The position numbers and the translations under genes are program-made. 64,000 nt of DNA, taken from assembly GCA_037447605.1 (NCBI GenBank), contig CM074806.1, forward strand, positions 310,001-374,000. The letters run 5' to 3'. The notes under the pieces are model-generated. The model saw only the letters and a list, made by a program, of their open reading frames with translations. It was not told the origin of the DNA and searched no databases. Shown one piece after another: positions 27,217 through 54,398 of this stretch (position 1 is its first letter; every line of letters starts with the position of its first letter). This stretch comes from Zygnema circumcarinatum SAG 698-1b (lineage: Eukaryota > Plantae > Zygnematophyceae).

Positions 27217-30200
27217 CTACGAGGGGGAGGCCTTGACCCTCCCCGCAGATTTGGGGGGCTCCTTCCCCCTCCCTTGGCGGCACGTGCTCTTAGCGCAGGC
27301 CTTCATGGCCTTGGCGATGCCTTCATCCTCGGACCCTTCAACAAAGCACCCGCGTTTTTGGGCATCTTGGATGAGGCTGTGCCATGTTTCATCGCCGGCG
27401 CACAATGTTGGGGAGTGGCCCACAACCCACACAATATGGCGACCTCTCGTTATAGCCACGTTCAACCTGCGAAACGTTGAATGGAGAAGGCGGAAAAGTT
27501 TAGAATGTTTAGGGGAACCCAAGACCCCAAGCAAGCCTCTAGTCTATCAAGAGGTTTCATGATTTTCATAAAGTAATTCACATAATGATGTTGAAAGATG
27601 ACATGCAATTGAATGGCAAATGAATGAAACAGAGGGCAGTGAATTGAAACAGGGGAAACTATACCTCCGACAGTCCCTTAGAAAGCCGACATTTCCGACC
27701 CCATTCGCCCTCACTGCTGAGAAGAGTATCACGTCACGTTCCCTTCCTTGAAACCCGTCCACAGATTTCACTTCAACCTCAAATTTGAACTTCGATTTTT
27801 TTGACCCCAATGTTTGGACGAGGCGCTGCTCTATCATCGCAACTTGACTTTTGTACGGAGTGATCACTCCCACGTCAGTATTTGGAAGTTTGCTTCTCTC
27901 ACATTCTGCACCACAAAGCGCAATGCTCTTTGAAGTTCTCGAAAGGAAAGGAGCGAACCGCAAGTACAGCTTTAGGTTACATGCAGCAAAAGGGGCCTCT
28001 ATTTGCTAAGAAATACAGCTATGGTGCATTTAAACAGATGTTAAATCTATGTTACAAGGACAATCGCAGTTAGTTATTTCCCTGCACCTGATTGCAGCCG
28101 CTGCAGGAGATGCAGAACCACTGCAACTTCCGTCTCATTGTGAGAGGAAGACCCTCCCTCCTCCTTAGCCTCACAGCCTTCACTCACATTGATAAAGGCA
28201 TATGCTCCAAAAATCTTTTGATATTCTCGTTTGTTTTCGAAGCTCATTACATTTTCTCCGTTTTCAATATCCCCATTGTAGAAATGCTTCCGGGGCCAGA
28301 GACTGATCTCTGGATTCATCCTGTACTGAACCTGCAAGAGATGCGCTCTGTATCCGTTTATTTGAAGGCGCTCGAATAAGCTTCGACCATATCCACATTC
28401 CTTTGCAGCCTGCAACATGAGAAAAAAAAAAATTCAAAAAATCAATCTCTGTGACTTTGAGGCATGCATGCACTCACTCGCAGATTTTTCCAAACAACAT
28501 GCAAAATGTAGCTATTACAAAGCAGAAAAAGTCTGTATACCCTTCCATATTTTCATTCTCAGCAAACACAAAGAGGAGGAAAATGAGGGAAACCTTGCTG
28601 AAAACTGTGGCAGGAAGCTGCTTGGGATCCCCTACAAGGGCAACCTGTTGAAGACCAGGAATATTAAGAGCAATGATGCTCTCTGCTTCCACCAATTGAG
28701 CCGCTTCATCCACCAACAGAAGATCAAAATCTGCAGATTTTTTAACAATGCTTTTCCCTGCAGTCGAAACTGTGCAGAAGAGCAGGTTTGCGTGTGCAAT
28801 GCAATTTTTTGCAATTATCTTTGTCTGTAATTCCTTTCCTTCTATTTTCTTTTTCCTTCCTTTTGTCTTTCCTTCCTTAAAATCTTCCAGAATTTCGTGA
28901 ATAACGTATCCTGGGCAGGACTTCAACGCCTCAAATAGATTCTTCTTCTGCCTCTGAAAGCGCAGTTCTAGGTCTGAAGGAAATTTCTGAGTCATACTTT
29001 TTATGTTTCCTGCGAAAAGATTGCCATCCATATCTCTAGAGATCCAGATTTTCAATTGAGTTGAATCAACAGTGGGAGAATGAATGGTTTTCTGAATGGA
29101 GCAGACCGTCTTCACTGCTTCCTCTATCTTTTCATATTCTTCATCTCCAATATAGTAACTGGGAAGATCGAAAAGCAAAGTGTTTCCACCATCCTTCATA
29201 TTTCTAGCGAGTCGGTCGAACTTCTCGTGAAAAAACTCCAAAAAACTCCGTCTCTTTGAATCATTCCCATGGAATTCTGCTTCCCTATATTGCTTAAGCC
29301 CACCGTTCAATAAATCCAATAGGGCTTTTGCAGAAGCTTGCCAGCCAAAGGAGGGTTGCAGAGCCCTATAAATTCTTGATGCTCGGTCTAACTTTTTGTT
29401 TCTTCCAAAAAATATTTCTTTAAGTGGACCTCCGAAGTTTATACGCTCTTCATTTCCAATCAGAGCTATGTCTCCTTTCCGAAGAGACCTAATTTTCCTT
29501 CCCACAGTTTGAAGACCACCATCATTCGGTCGTTGCAGGTTCCAAAAATTTCCAAACTGAATTACTTCTTTCTCTCTAGCATGCTCGAAATTTGAACTTA
29601 TGGCTTTGAGATACTCCAAAGTACGCAAAGCCACTACCGAAACAGCTGTGTTGGTAGGAGCACACACCACGGTTCGAAACCCCGAACAACTTACTATAGA
29701 AAGGAGTGCTGCTATCGTCGAAGTTTTCCCAGTTCCCGGCGGGCCCTGAATAAGTTGCACTCTTTTCTCCAAAAGTGAGGATGTCAGCTGCTGCTGCTGC
29801 ATATCATTCCCTTTGATTGCACTCTTTGAACCGAGATTTTTCATCATTTTTCTATCGTTTTTAGCCCCATCTCTGCATAGCAATGCCTGCAGAACTCGAG
29901 AAACTGCCCTCCCTTGAGATTCGTTCAACCCACAGCATTGTGAACTATAGCCCTCAGCAGTTTCAAGGAGTTTTTCATCACAAGCAGATAGCAGAGAATG
30001 AGGTTCCATTTCGCCTTGTTTAGGGTACAGGGTCAGCGACTCGAATGCTTTGAAAATGGAGAAATTTGACACCTGAAAAGGGGACAGTCGCATTAGTCAT
30101 TGCAAGTCAATGGGTGAGAACGAGCGAGTCTCTCTAAAACCACTATCTTTGTCAAGATTCTCGGAGCTCCCTTCTCATTTGGATGTATAGAAAGCATCAG

Positions 30201-31202
30201 AATCAGCATCAGAAAGCATAAGATTTTTTTTTCATCTGAAAAAAAAATGTTATCTGATAAACTATCTCTCGCCCCTTCCGCACACAATATGCAGCACTGC
30301 CTTTCAAACCCTAAAAATATTCTGAGCATCGTCATAATGCTTTCCAGTTCAAAGCACTCATGCAACATCCTCGTACCTTTCCTTCATCCCCTCCGTTTTT
30401 GCAAAGAACTTCTTTCAAAAGAGTCAAATCTGGACCCTTTTTCATGCTTTTGCATGCTTCTTGTTGTTGCAGAGCCTCCCATATCCGCTTCGAGGTTGCA
30501 AGACAGTCCAAACTTGTGGCGAACCATGTCCGAATTTTCCCTTTCTTCAATGCGGCAAGTTCTGGAGATACAATGGGAGCGTAAATGTTCGCTTCAAACA
30601 CTTGCTGGTTTGAATCTCTGACATTCTCCACAATTGCGAGAGTGAATGATTCTCCGTTTAGGTCTTCAAGACAATGAGGTCTCTTCATCGATATAAGGAG
30701 GAGATCAGTTGGCTTCAGTTTCGCATCCGTCTCATATGACTGAGAAGCATCCGCCACGAGGGAAAATAAAATTGTTTGAACATGACTTGAGGAGGAGGAG
30801 GAATTCTCTTTCCTATTTGGTTCTCTTTTTTGTTTTTTGAATGCGTTTATCTTGATTCGAACAGAGGGTAATGACGAGATATCTTCCAAACTCTGTTGCA
30901 GTTTTGCTCGGGACTCTTCGAGCAGCGGAAGCTCGAAGCTCTGCAAGTAACCTTCCACTGATTTGAAGGTTTCCGGAATGGTCTTTAACTGCAAAAAAAA
31001 TTCCAACATTACAAGCTGAAAAAAATTGAGCACACGCACCAATACAGAAAAAGATACTGCGCAAATGAGTATCAATGAAATGAGGATTCTGCCCAAAAAG
31101 TCAAACCTGGTTCGTGTGGAGCCGTTCGTTCAGTATCTCTTTCAGGCTCCATTTCAGAATCTTAGAATCAATGTTCGGATTAGTGCTGCCCTCCCCTGCC
31201 AT
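27217..31202 (-). CDS. Superfamily 1 helicase of the Sen1/Upf1-like (DNA2/NAM7) plant group; 6 exons, about 999 aa
   Basis: Exons 31202-31107, 30988-30377, 30072-28594, 28409-28088, 27905-27665, 27466-27217, all in phase. Motifs IQGPPGTGKT, CAPTN, LVDEAAQ, VGDPKQLP, SLFERL, QYRMNPEIS, VITPYKSQV, SVDGFQGRE, RLNVAITRG. Confidence 0.92.
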
Positions 31203-32440
31203 GTGTGGCCTGCCTGCAAATGAATGGAAACATTGGGAGTCTCTTTATAAGGAAGAAACCGAATGATACCAAGATCAACTTTCCATTGCATTATGTGAAA
31301 TTTCCAATTCCCGAATCCAGCGTAAAATAAGCGCATACTTTGCTTGGTTTTATCTCTCCCTATGATTCTTCAAAAACTGAAAAAGATTCATCAAAAGTTG
31401 CTACTTGAACACATGCAAGGATTGTCCAATTTTTTATAGGACTTTTAACAACAACAAAAACCTTCAGATGCTTGAATGCTTCAGATCATAACAGTGCCCT
31501 CACTTTTTCCGTGTCTTGGAGAAAGTAAATCTTCAGTTCAAACAGCAGCGACTTAAAAGGGACCTCTGCTCACATTTCTCGCTCTTCACTCCCTGCTCAG
31601 TTTTGCATGCATCTGCCGAAGCGCAAAATCGCTCACGATCGCATGCAACAGCATGCAACCGTTGGATCACCATTGAAAACCAATTGAAAATCGGTTGATC
31701 CAACGGCTGCATGCCATCGGGAAAATTCTCGAACCTCTCTGCGCCGTCGATCTCATCAATTTGTCGCAGATCTACTACCATGTCGATCTCCTCTCTCATT
31801 GGTGCACATTCCAACACAGAAAGCGCAGATCTTGTGGATCCAAGATAAAAGGGTTCCATGTCGCAGTCCCGTCCAACCAGAAGTTCCTTTCCATGAAAAA
31901 GTTAGCGTGCACGGTAATTTTCCCACAGCCACCGTAACTGCGTTCCGTGAATCCACGAGGGACCTTGGCAGAACTACGATATATTGACGATACGATAATT
32001 CGATATACACGATATTCCCACCGTCTTTTTTTTTTCGTTGCCACGTCGACTGACGTTGACTCCTTGGAAGTCAACGCCGTGATTGCTTCTCCTTAAAGGG
32101 AACAAAAATAATAAGAAAACCCTAAAGCCCCCTTAAACCCTACAGTCTTAACCCTCTACCTAAACCCTAAACCCTAAACAGGCTAAGCTCTAATGAAACC
32201 CTAGTGTCGCTGAATCCTAATCCGCTGAAATGGGAAATGCTCACTTGAGAAAGTTCTGAACCCTAAAATTTTCAACCGAACATGCCCAATCCTGAGCATT
32301 GAACCCTTTTTTACTCACCTTAATTCCAGAACATGTGAATCCCAGAGTCCCTGAACCCTAATTTTCTCCAATTTTCTCCGAACCGAAAACGACAAAAAAA
32401 AACTGCCAATTCCCTAAATCCTAAACTGCCAATTCGACCC

Positions 32441-45196
<12,756 letters not shown>

Positions 45197-46024
45197 AGAA
45201 AATATTCACCTCTTGGAATCTCTCTCTCTCTCTCTCTCTCTCCCTCTCCGCCCGCCCTCTCTCTCTCGCCCTCTTTCTCTCTCTCTCCCTCTTTTGCGCT
45301 CTCCCTACATTGTCATATATCGTTAAACCCTAGAAGAGCTGATCTTGTGGGGGAGGGAGAGGCTGTTCAGAGTGGCTTGAGTCCATCTCAACTATTTTTC
45401 TTTTGGCTGCCCGAATTTAATTCCACATGTACAGATATAATTGATTGTCTTGTATCGGCCAGAAGAAAAGTAATCCATTCTTTATTCTTTCTTTTGATGA
45501 AATGCTTCAAAATTTCCTACAATTTTGTAATGGTCTGTTCCTTTTGCTTACACGGTTGGCGATTTCAGACCGCACAGATCCTGGCAAAAAAATCAGAAGT
45601 TTTGCTGCCTTAAACTTTTCAACCCCTATCATGAGATGGGACAGAAAAAAACATTTTGCGGATTGACCCAACAGGTTCGAGCCTCACATTATGAATGGGA
45701 GCCTACAAATTACAAATTTGAAAACCTACAAACTGATTCCTAAATAGTACACAAAACCCCGCGGTTGCATGAATGCTGGCTAATTAAGCCTGCAAAAAAA
45801 CGATTGCGTATAGCTCGCTACCCTTCTGGGGTCGATACTTTTTACAACAAAGAAAAAAGCAGATAGCGATTGAGCGAGAGAGAGAGGGGGAGAGAGTGAG
45901 GGAGAGAGAGAGAGGGGGCGAGAGAGAGGGGGCAAGAGGGGGAAAGAGTGAGAGAGGGAGGGAGCGAGAGAGACAGAGAGGGAGAGAGCGAGGGGGGGAG
46001 GGAGAGAGGAAGAGAGAGAGACAT

Positions 46025-48637
46025 TCAAGGCCCTCCACCACTGATGGAGGATTGCGCCATGAGTTGCCAAATTTGAAGACCAGAATGGCCGGAATTACTT
46101 GAAACTTGGGACAAAGTCAACGAACCGAATGATTGGTTGAGCTCCTCCAAAATGGACTGCGATTGGTCGGTCAGCGACTGCCCCAAACTTTGCTTTATTG
46201 CCCGAAGTCGGTTAGTCACACTCTCCATGTCGGGCCGGCTGTCGGCTAGTGAACGCAAACAGGAGGCTGCCACGTGTCCCAGGGACTCCATGGCGACAGG
46301 GGGGAAGGTGCCCTTCAGTTTCGGGTCTGCGATGGAGAGGGTGCTGTTGGAGGACCGCATCTTGTTCAAAGCCTGAGAGATTTGATAGGGTTAGGGTTAG
46401 GGTTAGGGTTAGGGTTAGGGTTAGGGGTTAGGGTTAGGGTAAGGGTTAGGGTTAGGGTTAGGATTAGGGTTCGAGTGAGAGATAGGGTTAAGAGTGAGAG
46501 CTAGGGTTACGGGTGAGAATGAGCTGAGGGTGAGAATAAGGCGTAGGGCTTGGGGAAGGTTAATAACTAGGGTTTAGATTAGAATCAGGATTAGGTTGAG
46601 GGTGAGGGTTAGGGTGATGTTGGGGTTAGGGTTAGTATCAGAATTGAAGTTCGAGTAAGGATGAGCAAGAATTGGGATTTACACGAAAATTAAAGTCTCT
46701 AGAAGGATTGAGGATAATGCGAAAACGGTCGTTTTCAGCGAAAGGATGTAGCCTTGGCAGATTCCAGGATTTGTAGAATAATTCTGTTATCGATTGGTTA
46801 ATGAAATCCGAAGGAAAATTTTGAAAGTAAAGAGCTTCCGAACTCACCCACGAAGCGAGTGACACAGGTTCGAGTCCTCCCGTGTCCTCATTCACCTCCT
46901 TCAGTATGGCACTCCTGCCCGTTATAAGTTCAAGAAGGACCACTCCAAAACTGCACATGCATGCATGGAATAGGAACAAGGAAGTTAAGATTGCTTGAAC
47001 TTCCTTCATAAGAAGAAAGAAAAAACGGCCAAGAGCATCCCCTTGAATTTATTTGAATTTAGTTTAGTTTGAGTATGGCTGAGAACTTAAAGCACCTGTA
47101 CACATCGCTCTTAGTCATAACATGGAACGTATTGTAGTAATCAGGATCAATGTATCCCGGTGTTCCCGCGATCGAAGTGGCGGGGCCCGCCGCGTCCTCC
47201 ACTTCTCTGTTCAAAAAGAGTCCGAAATCGGACACTTTCGCCTGCAAATGAAGGTGTGCCACGTGCCGCAACATTGGTGGTCTTGGTCAGAAAATTGGCC
47301 GACAATTGCCAATCATCAGCTCCTGAAACTTGCAGGTTAAGAAACTCCCGAAGTAACTGTTGCTTGAAGCTCTCCACAGACTGCATTGGAAGGTGATGCC
47401 ATACAATGCCCCCCCCACCACCATGCCATGCCATGCCCCCCCCCATCAACATGCCATGCCATGCCATGATGATGGGGGGGGGGGTGGGGGCACACCGTGA
47501 AGTCCGCGTCGAGGAGGATGTTGTCCGTTTTGACGTCGCGGTGGATGATGGCCGTCTCCGCGAACGCGTGGATATAACGCAACCCCTCCGCCGCGCCGAG
47601 GGCGATGTCCACGCGCTGGGAGAAGGAGAGGGGGGACTCTGGAAAGGCACATCGAAATGGAGGAGAATTAGGGTTTCAAGTTACAGCTTGCAGATTAGGT
47701 TAAGAGTTAGATGGTGAGGTGATGATTGGTAAGCTTTGGATTACAATTCAGGATTAGAATGGGTGGGTGGTTTAGGGTTTCGTGGTTAGGGTAGGCTTAG
47801 GGTTAGGATGAGAATAGAGGTATAGCTGGGGTTTGGATTAAGGTTTCATTTTTACTCGGACGTTACGTCAGGTTAGGGTTAGGGTTAGGGTTAGGGTTAG
47901 ATTAAAGTTAGAGTTAGGATTATGGTTAGGGTTAGGGTTACGGTTAGGGTTACGGTTAGGGTTAGGATTAGGGTTAGGATTAGGGTTAGGGATAGGGTTA
48001 GGGTTAGGGTTCAGCAGCACGACCTTGCACCTTAGCAATTCCATTATAAAAAATGGTTTTCAAATAATTACAGACCTGTTCTGGCGAGCGCTTGTTTGAG
48101 CGTTCCGTTTGGCATATATTCGTACACCAAAATCTGTTCTCCGTTTTCGTCGCAGTAAGCGAGAAGCTGCACGAGATTGCTATGGTTCATCCTCGAGATC
48201 ACCACCACCTGCATTTTCGGATTTTTATTTTTTCTTAAAACCTGAACTAAAAATGAAGTTTTGTCGAAGTCCTGGTAATCAATGGTATTCGATGATTGTA
48301 TTTCTTTTCGAAATCTTTTTTAAATCCCCAAAAACAGCCCACGCCCCCCGAAACCCTGCAGAACCCTAAAACCCTAAACCCTAAATACCTAAACCCTAAA
48401 AACCCTAAAACTGACCTCCTGCTCGAAGTCCTTCCTGGTCTCCACGGACGCCTGCTTCGCCCTCTTAACAGCGAACACGTGTCCGTTGTGGTCTGTGCCC
48501 TTATAGACGTCCCCGAACCCTCCACTCCCGAGGCGACACGTGGCGCTGAAGTTGTCTGTAGCGGCGAGGAGGTCGCAGAAGGAGAGTGACGTCACGCGAT
48601 CGATTCCAAAGATGGAGTCCAAACTGGACGAGGCCAT
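46025..48637 (-). CDS. Receptor-like cytoplasmic kinase (RLK/Pelle family); 6 exons, about 364 aa
   Basis: Exons 48637-48416, 48208-48076, 47638-47496, 47241-47096, 46950-46848, 46372-46025, in phase. Motifs [70 protein letters not shown]. No transmembrane segment seen; upstream exons are not excluded. Confidence 0.9.
46385..46480 (+). repeat. Intronic (TTAGGG)n array in kinase intron 5
   Basis: Read directly; degenerate units continue to about 46635. Confidence 0.9.
47870..48012 (+). repeat. Intronic (TTAGGG)n array in kinase intron 2
   Basis: Read directly. Confidence 0.9.
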
Positions 48638-50399
48638 TCTCAGCTTGGAGTGGGAGCCTGCATGAATGGGAGGTGGCTCATGGGATGAGAATTGGGCACT
48701 CTCCCTCTCTCTCTCTCGCTCGCTCTCTCTCTCCCTCTCTCTCTCTCTCTCTCCCCCCCTCCCTCTCCCCCACCTTGACCTTTCCCGTATCTCTTACAGA
48801 CTCGCTTCAACACCTATCTGAGGCTCTCTTTTCCCCTGCACCTCACCCTCACTCTCTCCCGTTTCGACCCTCTCCATATGCGCCTCTCCCACCCCCCTCA
48901 CCCTCTCCCTCCCCTTCCCCCCTCCCCGTTCACCCCCTCCCCCCTCCCCTCTGTATCTCCCACTCTCTCTCTCCGCCTCACCCCCCTCCCCCCTCTCCCC
49001 CCCTTTTCCCCCTCCTTCCCTCCCCACCTCCCCCCTCTCCCCACTCCCCCCTTTCCCCTCCCCCTCTCCCCCGCCTCCCCCCTCTCCCTCTGTCTCTCCC
49101 CCTTCCCCTCCCGCCTCCCCTCTCTCCCTCCCCCATCCCTACCTCATCCCTTTCTCCCTCCCCCTCCCTACCTCCCCCCNNNNNNNNNNGCTCACGCACG
49201 CAGTCGTCGGGCGAGCCATGCCCCCGCGAGGGCGAGTGCGAGCGCGGCCCCTCCCGCAGCGATCAGAGCGAGTGCGTACGCGGGCAGGGCCTCTGCAGCA
49301 CCCAAAAAAAAAAAAAAAAATGAAAAATTTAAGAGAGTCAGAAACAAACTTTCATTTCGATCTGCTTCCCTCTTCTCCCTCTCGCGGCTCCTTGCTTGCT
49401 TTTTTACTTCCTTCCTCGCTCCCTGAAGGGTAGGCTTGTTATATTTTCCGGAAAAAAAGTATCCGGAAAAAATTTACCGGATTTGGGCAAGGGTGCCTCC
49501 GGAGGAGGCGGTCTAAAAATTGGCGAAGGAGACGGAAAGTTTTCAGCACAGTCTGCGGGAAAACAAGAATAAAAATTTCGGGAAAAAAAGAAAACCAGTT
49601 TAATGCGTGAAACTGGATAAGCCATCTTCTGCATAAAAACACGAATTGGGAAATTACTTGAGAGGTGATGTGAGTTCGCACCTGAATTGCAGACGAATTT
49701 AAGAGACGGATTGTTCGAGAGACTGTTAAGAGGAAAAAAAAAAAAAAAAAACAGCTGTTTTTTACTTTTAGGGTATTGCTGAATTTAGGGTTTTGAAGGT
49801 TTTAGGGTTCGGAGAGTTAAAGATCAGGGTTTAGGGTTTAAGATTTAGGGTTTAGGGTTTAGGTTTAGGGCTTTAGGCTTCGGCTCTAGGTGTTGAGCGT
49901 TAAGGATTAAGATTGGAGTTACATGCTTAGAAGAGTTTAGGGGTAGAATTCAGGGTTTCAGGATTTCGGGTGCAGAATATAGAAATTAGGGTTCAGGATT
50001 CAAGTTTAGGGTTTAGGGTTTAGGGTTTGGGGTTCAACGCCGGTTCAGAGTTTGTGACAACTAAGGAGGAAAAGGACAAACCTTGCGCACGTCATGCTGA
50101 CGAGATTTGGAGTTAGGGGTCCAGAAAAGTTGTTATAGCTCAAACTTCTGCACAATTCCACGTTCTCGTTGATTGCATTTATTCTGATTTTTTCTGGAAA
50201 AATTACAAGACAATAGGAGGAAACCCGAAAATTTGCAGCAGCTTCACAAGGTCACTTTTTTTGGCGTGTTCATTTTTTCAGGTCACAAAGGTTTGGAGGT
50301 AGTCCTTGTGGAACCCTAAAAACGGTTCATGCAAAAACCACTCAGATTCTTACTGTAGAGGAAAGGGTTAAATTTTTAGGGTTGGTTTAAAGTATAGGT

Positions 50400-50810
50400 G
50401 TAAGGTTTAGGGGTTTAGGATTTAGGGTTTAGGGCTCAGGGTTCAGGGTTCATGGTTCAGGGTTCAGGGTTCAGAGATTAGGGTTATTGTTCAGGGTTCA
50501 GGGTTTAGGGTTCAGGGTTCAGGGTTCAGGGTTCAGGGTTCAGGGTTCAGGGTTCAGGGTTCAGGGTTCAGGGTCAGGGTTCAGGGATTAGGGTTATTGT
50601 TCAGGGTTTAGGATTCAGGGTTCAGGGTTCAGGGTTCAGGGTTTAGGGTTCAGAGTTCAGGGTTCAGGGTTCAGCGTTTAGGGTTTAGGGTTTAGGTTAG
50701 GGTTCAGGATTTAGGGTTCAGGGTTCAGGGATTAGGGTTCAGGGTTAAGGGATTAGGAGGGTTCAGGGATTAGGGTTCAGGGTTCAGGGTTCAGGGATTA
50801 GGGTTTTCAG
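50400..50810 (+). repeat. Interstitial TTCAGGG/TTTAGGG heptamer array
   Basis: GGGTTCA-dominated tandem units; degenerate copies at about 49780-50035. Confidence 0.92.
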
Positions 50811-52805
50811 GAGCCACTCACATATTTTGTCGCGATAATTTTACGGAAAGATCCGGTAAGGGTCCCGAAAAGTTATTGTAAGATAAATTTCTGTGCCACC
50901 AAACGAACCGTTCTGTAAGCAGGAGAGGGAGAGGGAGATGGAGACGGATGGGGAGAGGGAGAGGGAGTTCCATGCGCCAGGTTTCTGTTGAACCAATCAG
51001 GGACTAAATTTACATTACATGGAACCTCATTTAAAAAGGGATTACAAGTTTTCCCGAAAAAGAAGGTTTGCAATCTCCTTACAAGAATTTCAGCTTTTGC
51101 AAATTTCCGATAGTTGAAGGGATGGAACCGGAGAGTTTATTTTGAGCCAAATTTCTGAAAATCACCACCACCAAAACGGAGCTCCTTCAAATCATCTCAA
51201 ATCGAAGCGCCGGCAAACACTCGTTTCTCACGAAACATGTCTCCCAATACCAAATGCGCAGCCAAAAAAAAGTGTCAAGGAAACGTATTCAAACAGAGAC
51301 AGATCTTCCTTACAAGGATGTTAAATTTCTTAGATTTCCGGCGGTCGGTGGAATCGATCCTGTCAGTTTGTTACCTTGCAAAGATCTGAAAGCAGTTCAG
51401 TATGGGTTAAGAACGAGAACGAGAGTTAACTTCATCAAATGATTTCAAGTATGGTACTAAAAATTGAGTCGTTAACTTTATCAGATGATTTTGAGTATCT
51501 GAAATGGTGCCATTGACTTTGTCGAATGGTACGTTTTGATTCGTAACATGTTAATAGGTGATGTTAGCTTTATCAAATGAAAGCTAACTCGAGATACCTT
51601 TAACAAATGGTGTTACATGTGGGAAATTGTGTTATTGTCTTTATCGAATGTTAAGTGTTGATTCGCAAAAAAGTATATATCGTTAACTTTATCAAAGGCA
51701 GGCTGATTCGAAGCCAGGTGTTAACTTTATAAAAAACAAAATAAGGTAATTTGAGAGAAGTGGGCGTACAAGCACGTCAGTTTCGTCAAACTGCCAACGG
51801 TTGAAGGGATGGAGCCCGAAAGGTTGTTAAAATCCAAAGACCTAAAAACCAAGACATTTCTGCGTTTAAAAAATGAAAAACAAGACTGGTCTCTTTCTGC
51901 ATACACTCTGAATCCCTTCTTTGATTTGAAAAAGGTCAGAAAGACATTGAAATTACGACCGAAATCTTCATCACATTTCAGTTTTTTTTTTTTTTTTCAC
52001 ACGTTATGGAGTTGGGAAGTGCTGGAATGTTTATCACTTACAGCTCATTAAGATCGCTGAGTTTGCCGATTACAGACGGAATGGAGCCAATCAGGTTGTG
52101 GTTAACCAGTCGTCTGCATACCATTTTGCATTCAAAGCTTGAAGTTGAATCAAGTCAAGTCAAGAAGGTCCATTGAAAACTTTAACAGTATTAGGGTTTT
52201 CAGGGTTTCAGGATTGTTGAGGGTTCAAAGTCTTTCGGATCAAAGCTCCTTACAGAACTCAGTTTCAATCACTGATCTGCAGCTATCCTCTTGGAACTTT
52301 CTGCCTAAACCCCTCTCAACCCTAACTTTCAAGAATCCCTGAACCCCCTGAACCAGAAAGAATCATAACCTTGAAAACCCAATCCTTTTCAAGTTATGAA
52401 AAAAGTGCAGGGATGAGTGTCCGGCCATACATTGCCAGCACCTTTCCGCCATTGTTGCAGGTGACTCCAACCCATGATGTGCAGTTTTTAGGGTTTCCCC
52501 ATCCGCTTAAGGCGTGATCCCCCTGGAGGGAGTCTCTGAACTCTAAGAGCACCTCCGCTGTGCCCCAAACGTGTTCCAGAAGTCAGCTGCAATGCGCGCA
52601 CACAGGTTTCCATACAATCTGAAATTTGTGAGAGCAAGGGGAGGGGGAGGAAAGGGATTGATTGGGCCTGCAAGCAAAGGCGGAGGGAGGAGGCTCTTAC
52701 CGCCGGCCGCATCCAAGGGCATCGCCATCGTGAAAAGAGCTCTGACTAGGAAGTGAACCACAGTGGAGAACACGGGCCTCTGGGCATTCTCCAATGTGGT
52801 CCTCG

Positions 52806-54398
52806 TCATGCCTGAATGCCCACAACATCATCATCATCATCATTGACTTCAGCATCATTGACTTCATCATCATCAACAAAATTAGCATTGACTTCGTCAT
52901 CAACAACAACATTATCGGCGACTTCATCATTATCATTGACTTCATCGTCGTCGTCAACGTCGTAATTGACTTCATTATCATCAACAAAATTATCAGTGAC
53001 TTCATCATCAACAACAGCATTATCATTGACTTCATCATCAACAACAACATTATCATTGACTCCATCATCATTGACTTCATCATCATCGACAATGCTATCG
53101 TTGACTTTATCATCATCATCAACATCGTCATTGACTTCATAAACACATGAAGTAGAAGCTGATGCTTGGACCCACGTTAGGAAAAAAGCAAAAGAAAGCT
53201 TCCAGCCTCTCGCTTCCTCCCCCATTCCCTTCCTCCCTCCCTCCCTCCCTCCCTCCCTCTTCCTTCACCCCCCCCCTCCCACCAATCCCCTCCCCTTCTT
53301 GTACTCTAATCGCTCCATTTCCCTTCATATCTGCCGTCCTCTACATCTCCTATCATCTGACCCATCATCCAAAAAACTCCTTTCGGCTCATTCGCATGTC
53401 TCCCCCTCCTTTTCCTTCTCCTCTCACTGCGATTTACGCCAATTCTCTTCTCCTTGATCCACCACTTTTCCTTACTCTTTCGCCTTCCACCATAGCTTCC
53501 CCTCTCTCCATATCTCCCGCAACTTCCCTCTCTCCCATTTCCCTCCTCTCGTCGTCCTTTAAACCCACCTCACTCCCGCCTCTCTTCCAAGCATGTCCTC
53601 TACTCTTCATTCCTCCATCTCCACCAGCCTCCCAATCCTGCTCCCCCTCCCCTGCCTCCCTCAGTCTCTCCCTCAAGCCCCCACTTTCTTCCGCTCTCCC
53701 AACATTTCCATCACCCACACTCCCCCCTCCCTCTATCCCATCCTCCTGCCCCGTCACCTCTCCCTCCCTCTCCCTCCCTACCCCCACCTCTCTTCCTCTC
53801 CAGTCTTCCCTCCTCTTTTCCGCACTCCACTCCCTCTTTCCATCCCTTTCCCCATCCCCCCTCTTTCCCCCTCCCACCCCCAATCCCCCACCTTTCCCTC
53901 CTACCCTCCCCCTCCCCTCCCTCTCCCTTCCTCTCTTCCCCTCTGTCCCTCCCTCTTTGCCTGCCCCTCTCCCTTTCCCTGTCCTCCCCCGCCCTCATCC
54001 CTCCCCCCATTTTGACTCTTTTATTCATTTAAGTATATAATTTCCTGATAATCGACGGAATGCCTTGGAAGATAACCTCCCCCTTCACCCTCCCCCTCCC
54101 CCTCCCTCTCGCTCTCCCTTTCCCAGTCCCTCTCCCTCTCCCTCTCCCTCTTTCTCTCCCTCTCCCTCGCCCTCTCCCTCTCCCTCTCCCTCTCCTTCTT
54201 CCTCTCCCTCTCCCCTCCCCTCCTCCTCCCCNNNNNNNNNNCCCTCCCTCCCTCCCTCCCTCCCTCCCTCCCTCCCTTCCCCCACTCACCTCCCTCCCGG
54301 CCGGCGCTCCCTCGCGCCTCCCCTCTCTTCCCTCCCTCCCCTCCCCGGGCCGCCTCGCGCTTCCTCGTCGCCGTCCCGCCCCGAGCCGTCGGAATCAT
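52806..54398 (-). CDS. Tentative 2-exon gene for a small Asp/Asn/Val-rich acidic repeat protein (about 155 aa)
   Basis: Exon 54398-54290 (ends G|GTGAGT) joins in phase to exon 53164-52806 (CTAAC branch-like site, CCAAG| acceptor), which encodes (DDEVND/NxVV)n repeats. No family recognised; may be non-coding. Confidence 0.3.

Noticed and set aside
31533-31859. 108-aa minus-strand ORF between the helicase and dnaE
   Set aside because: No recognisable motif or splice link; probably UTR or promoter sequence.
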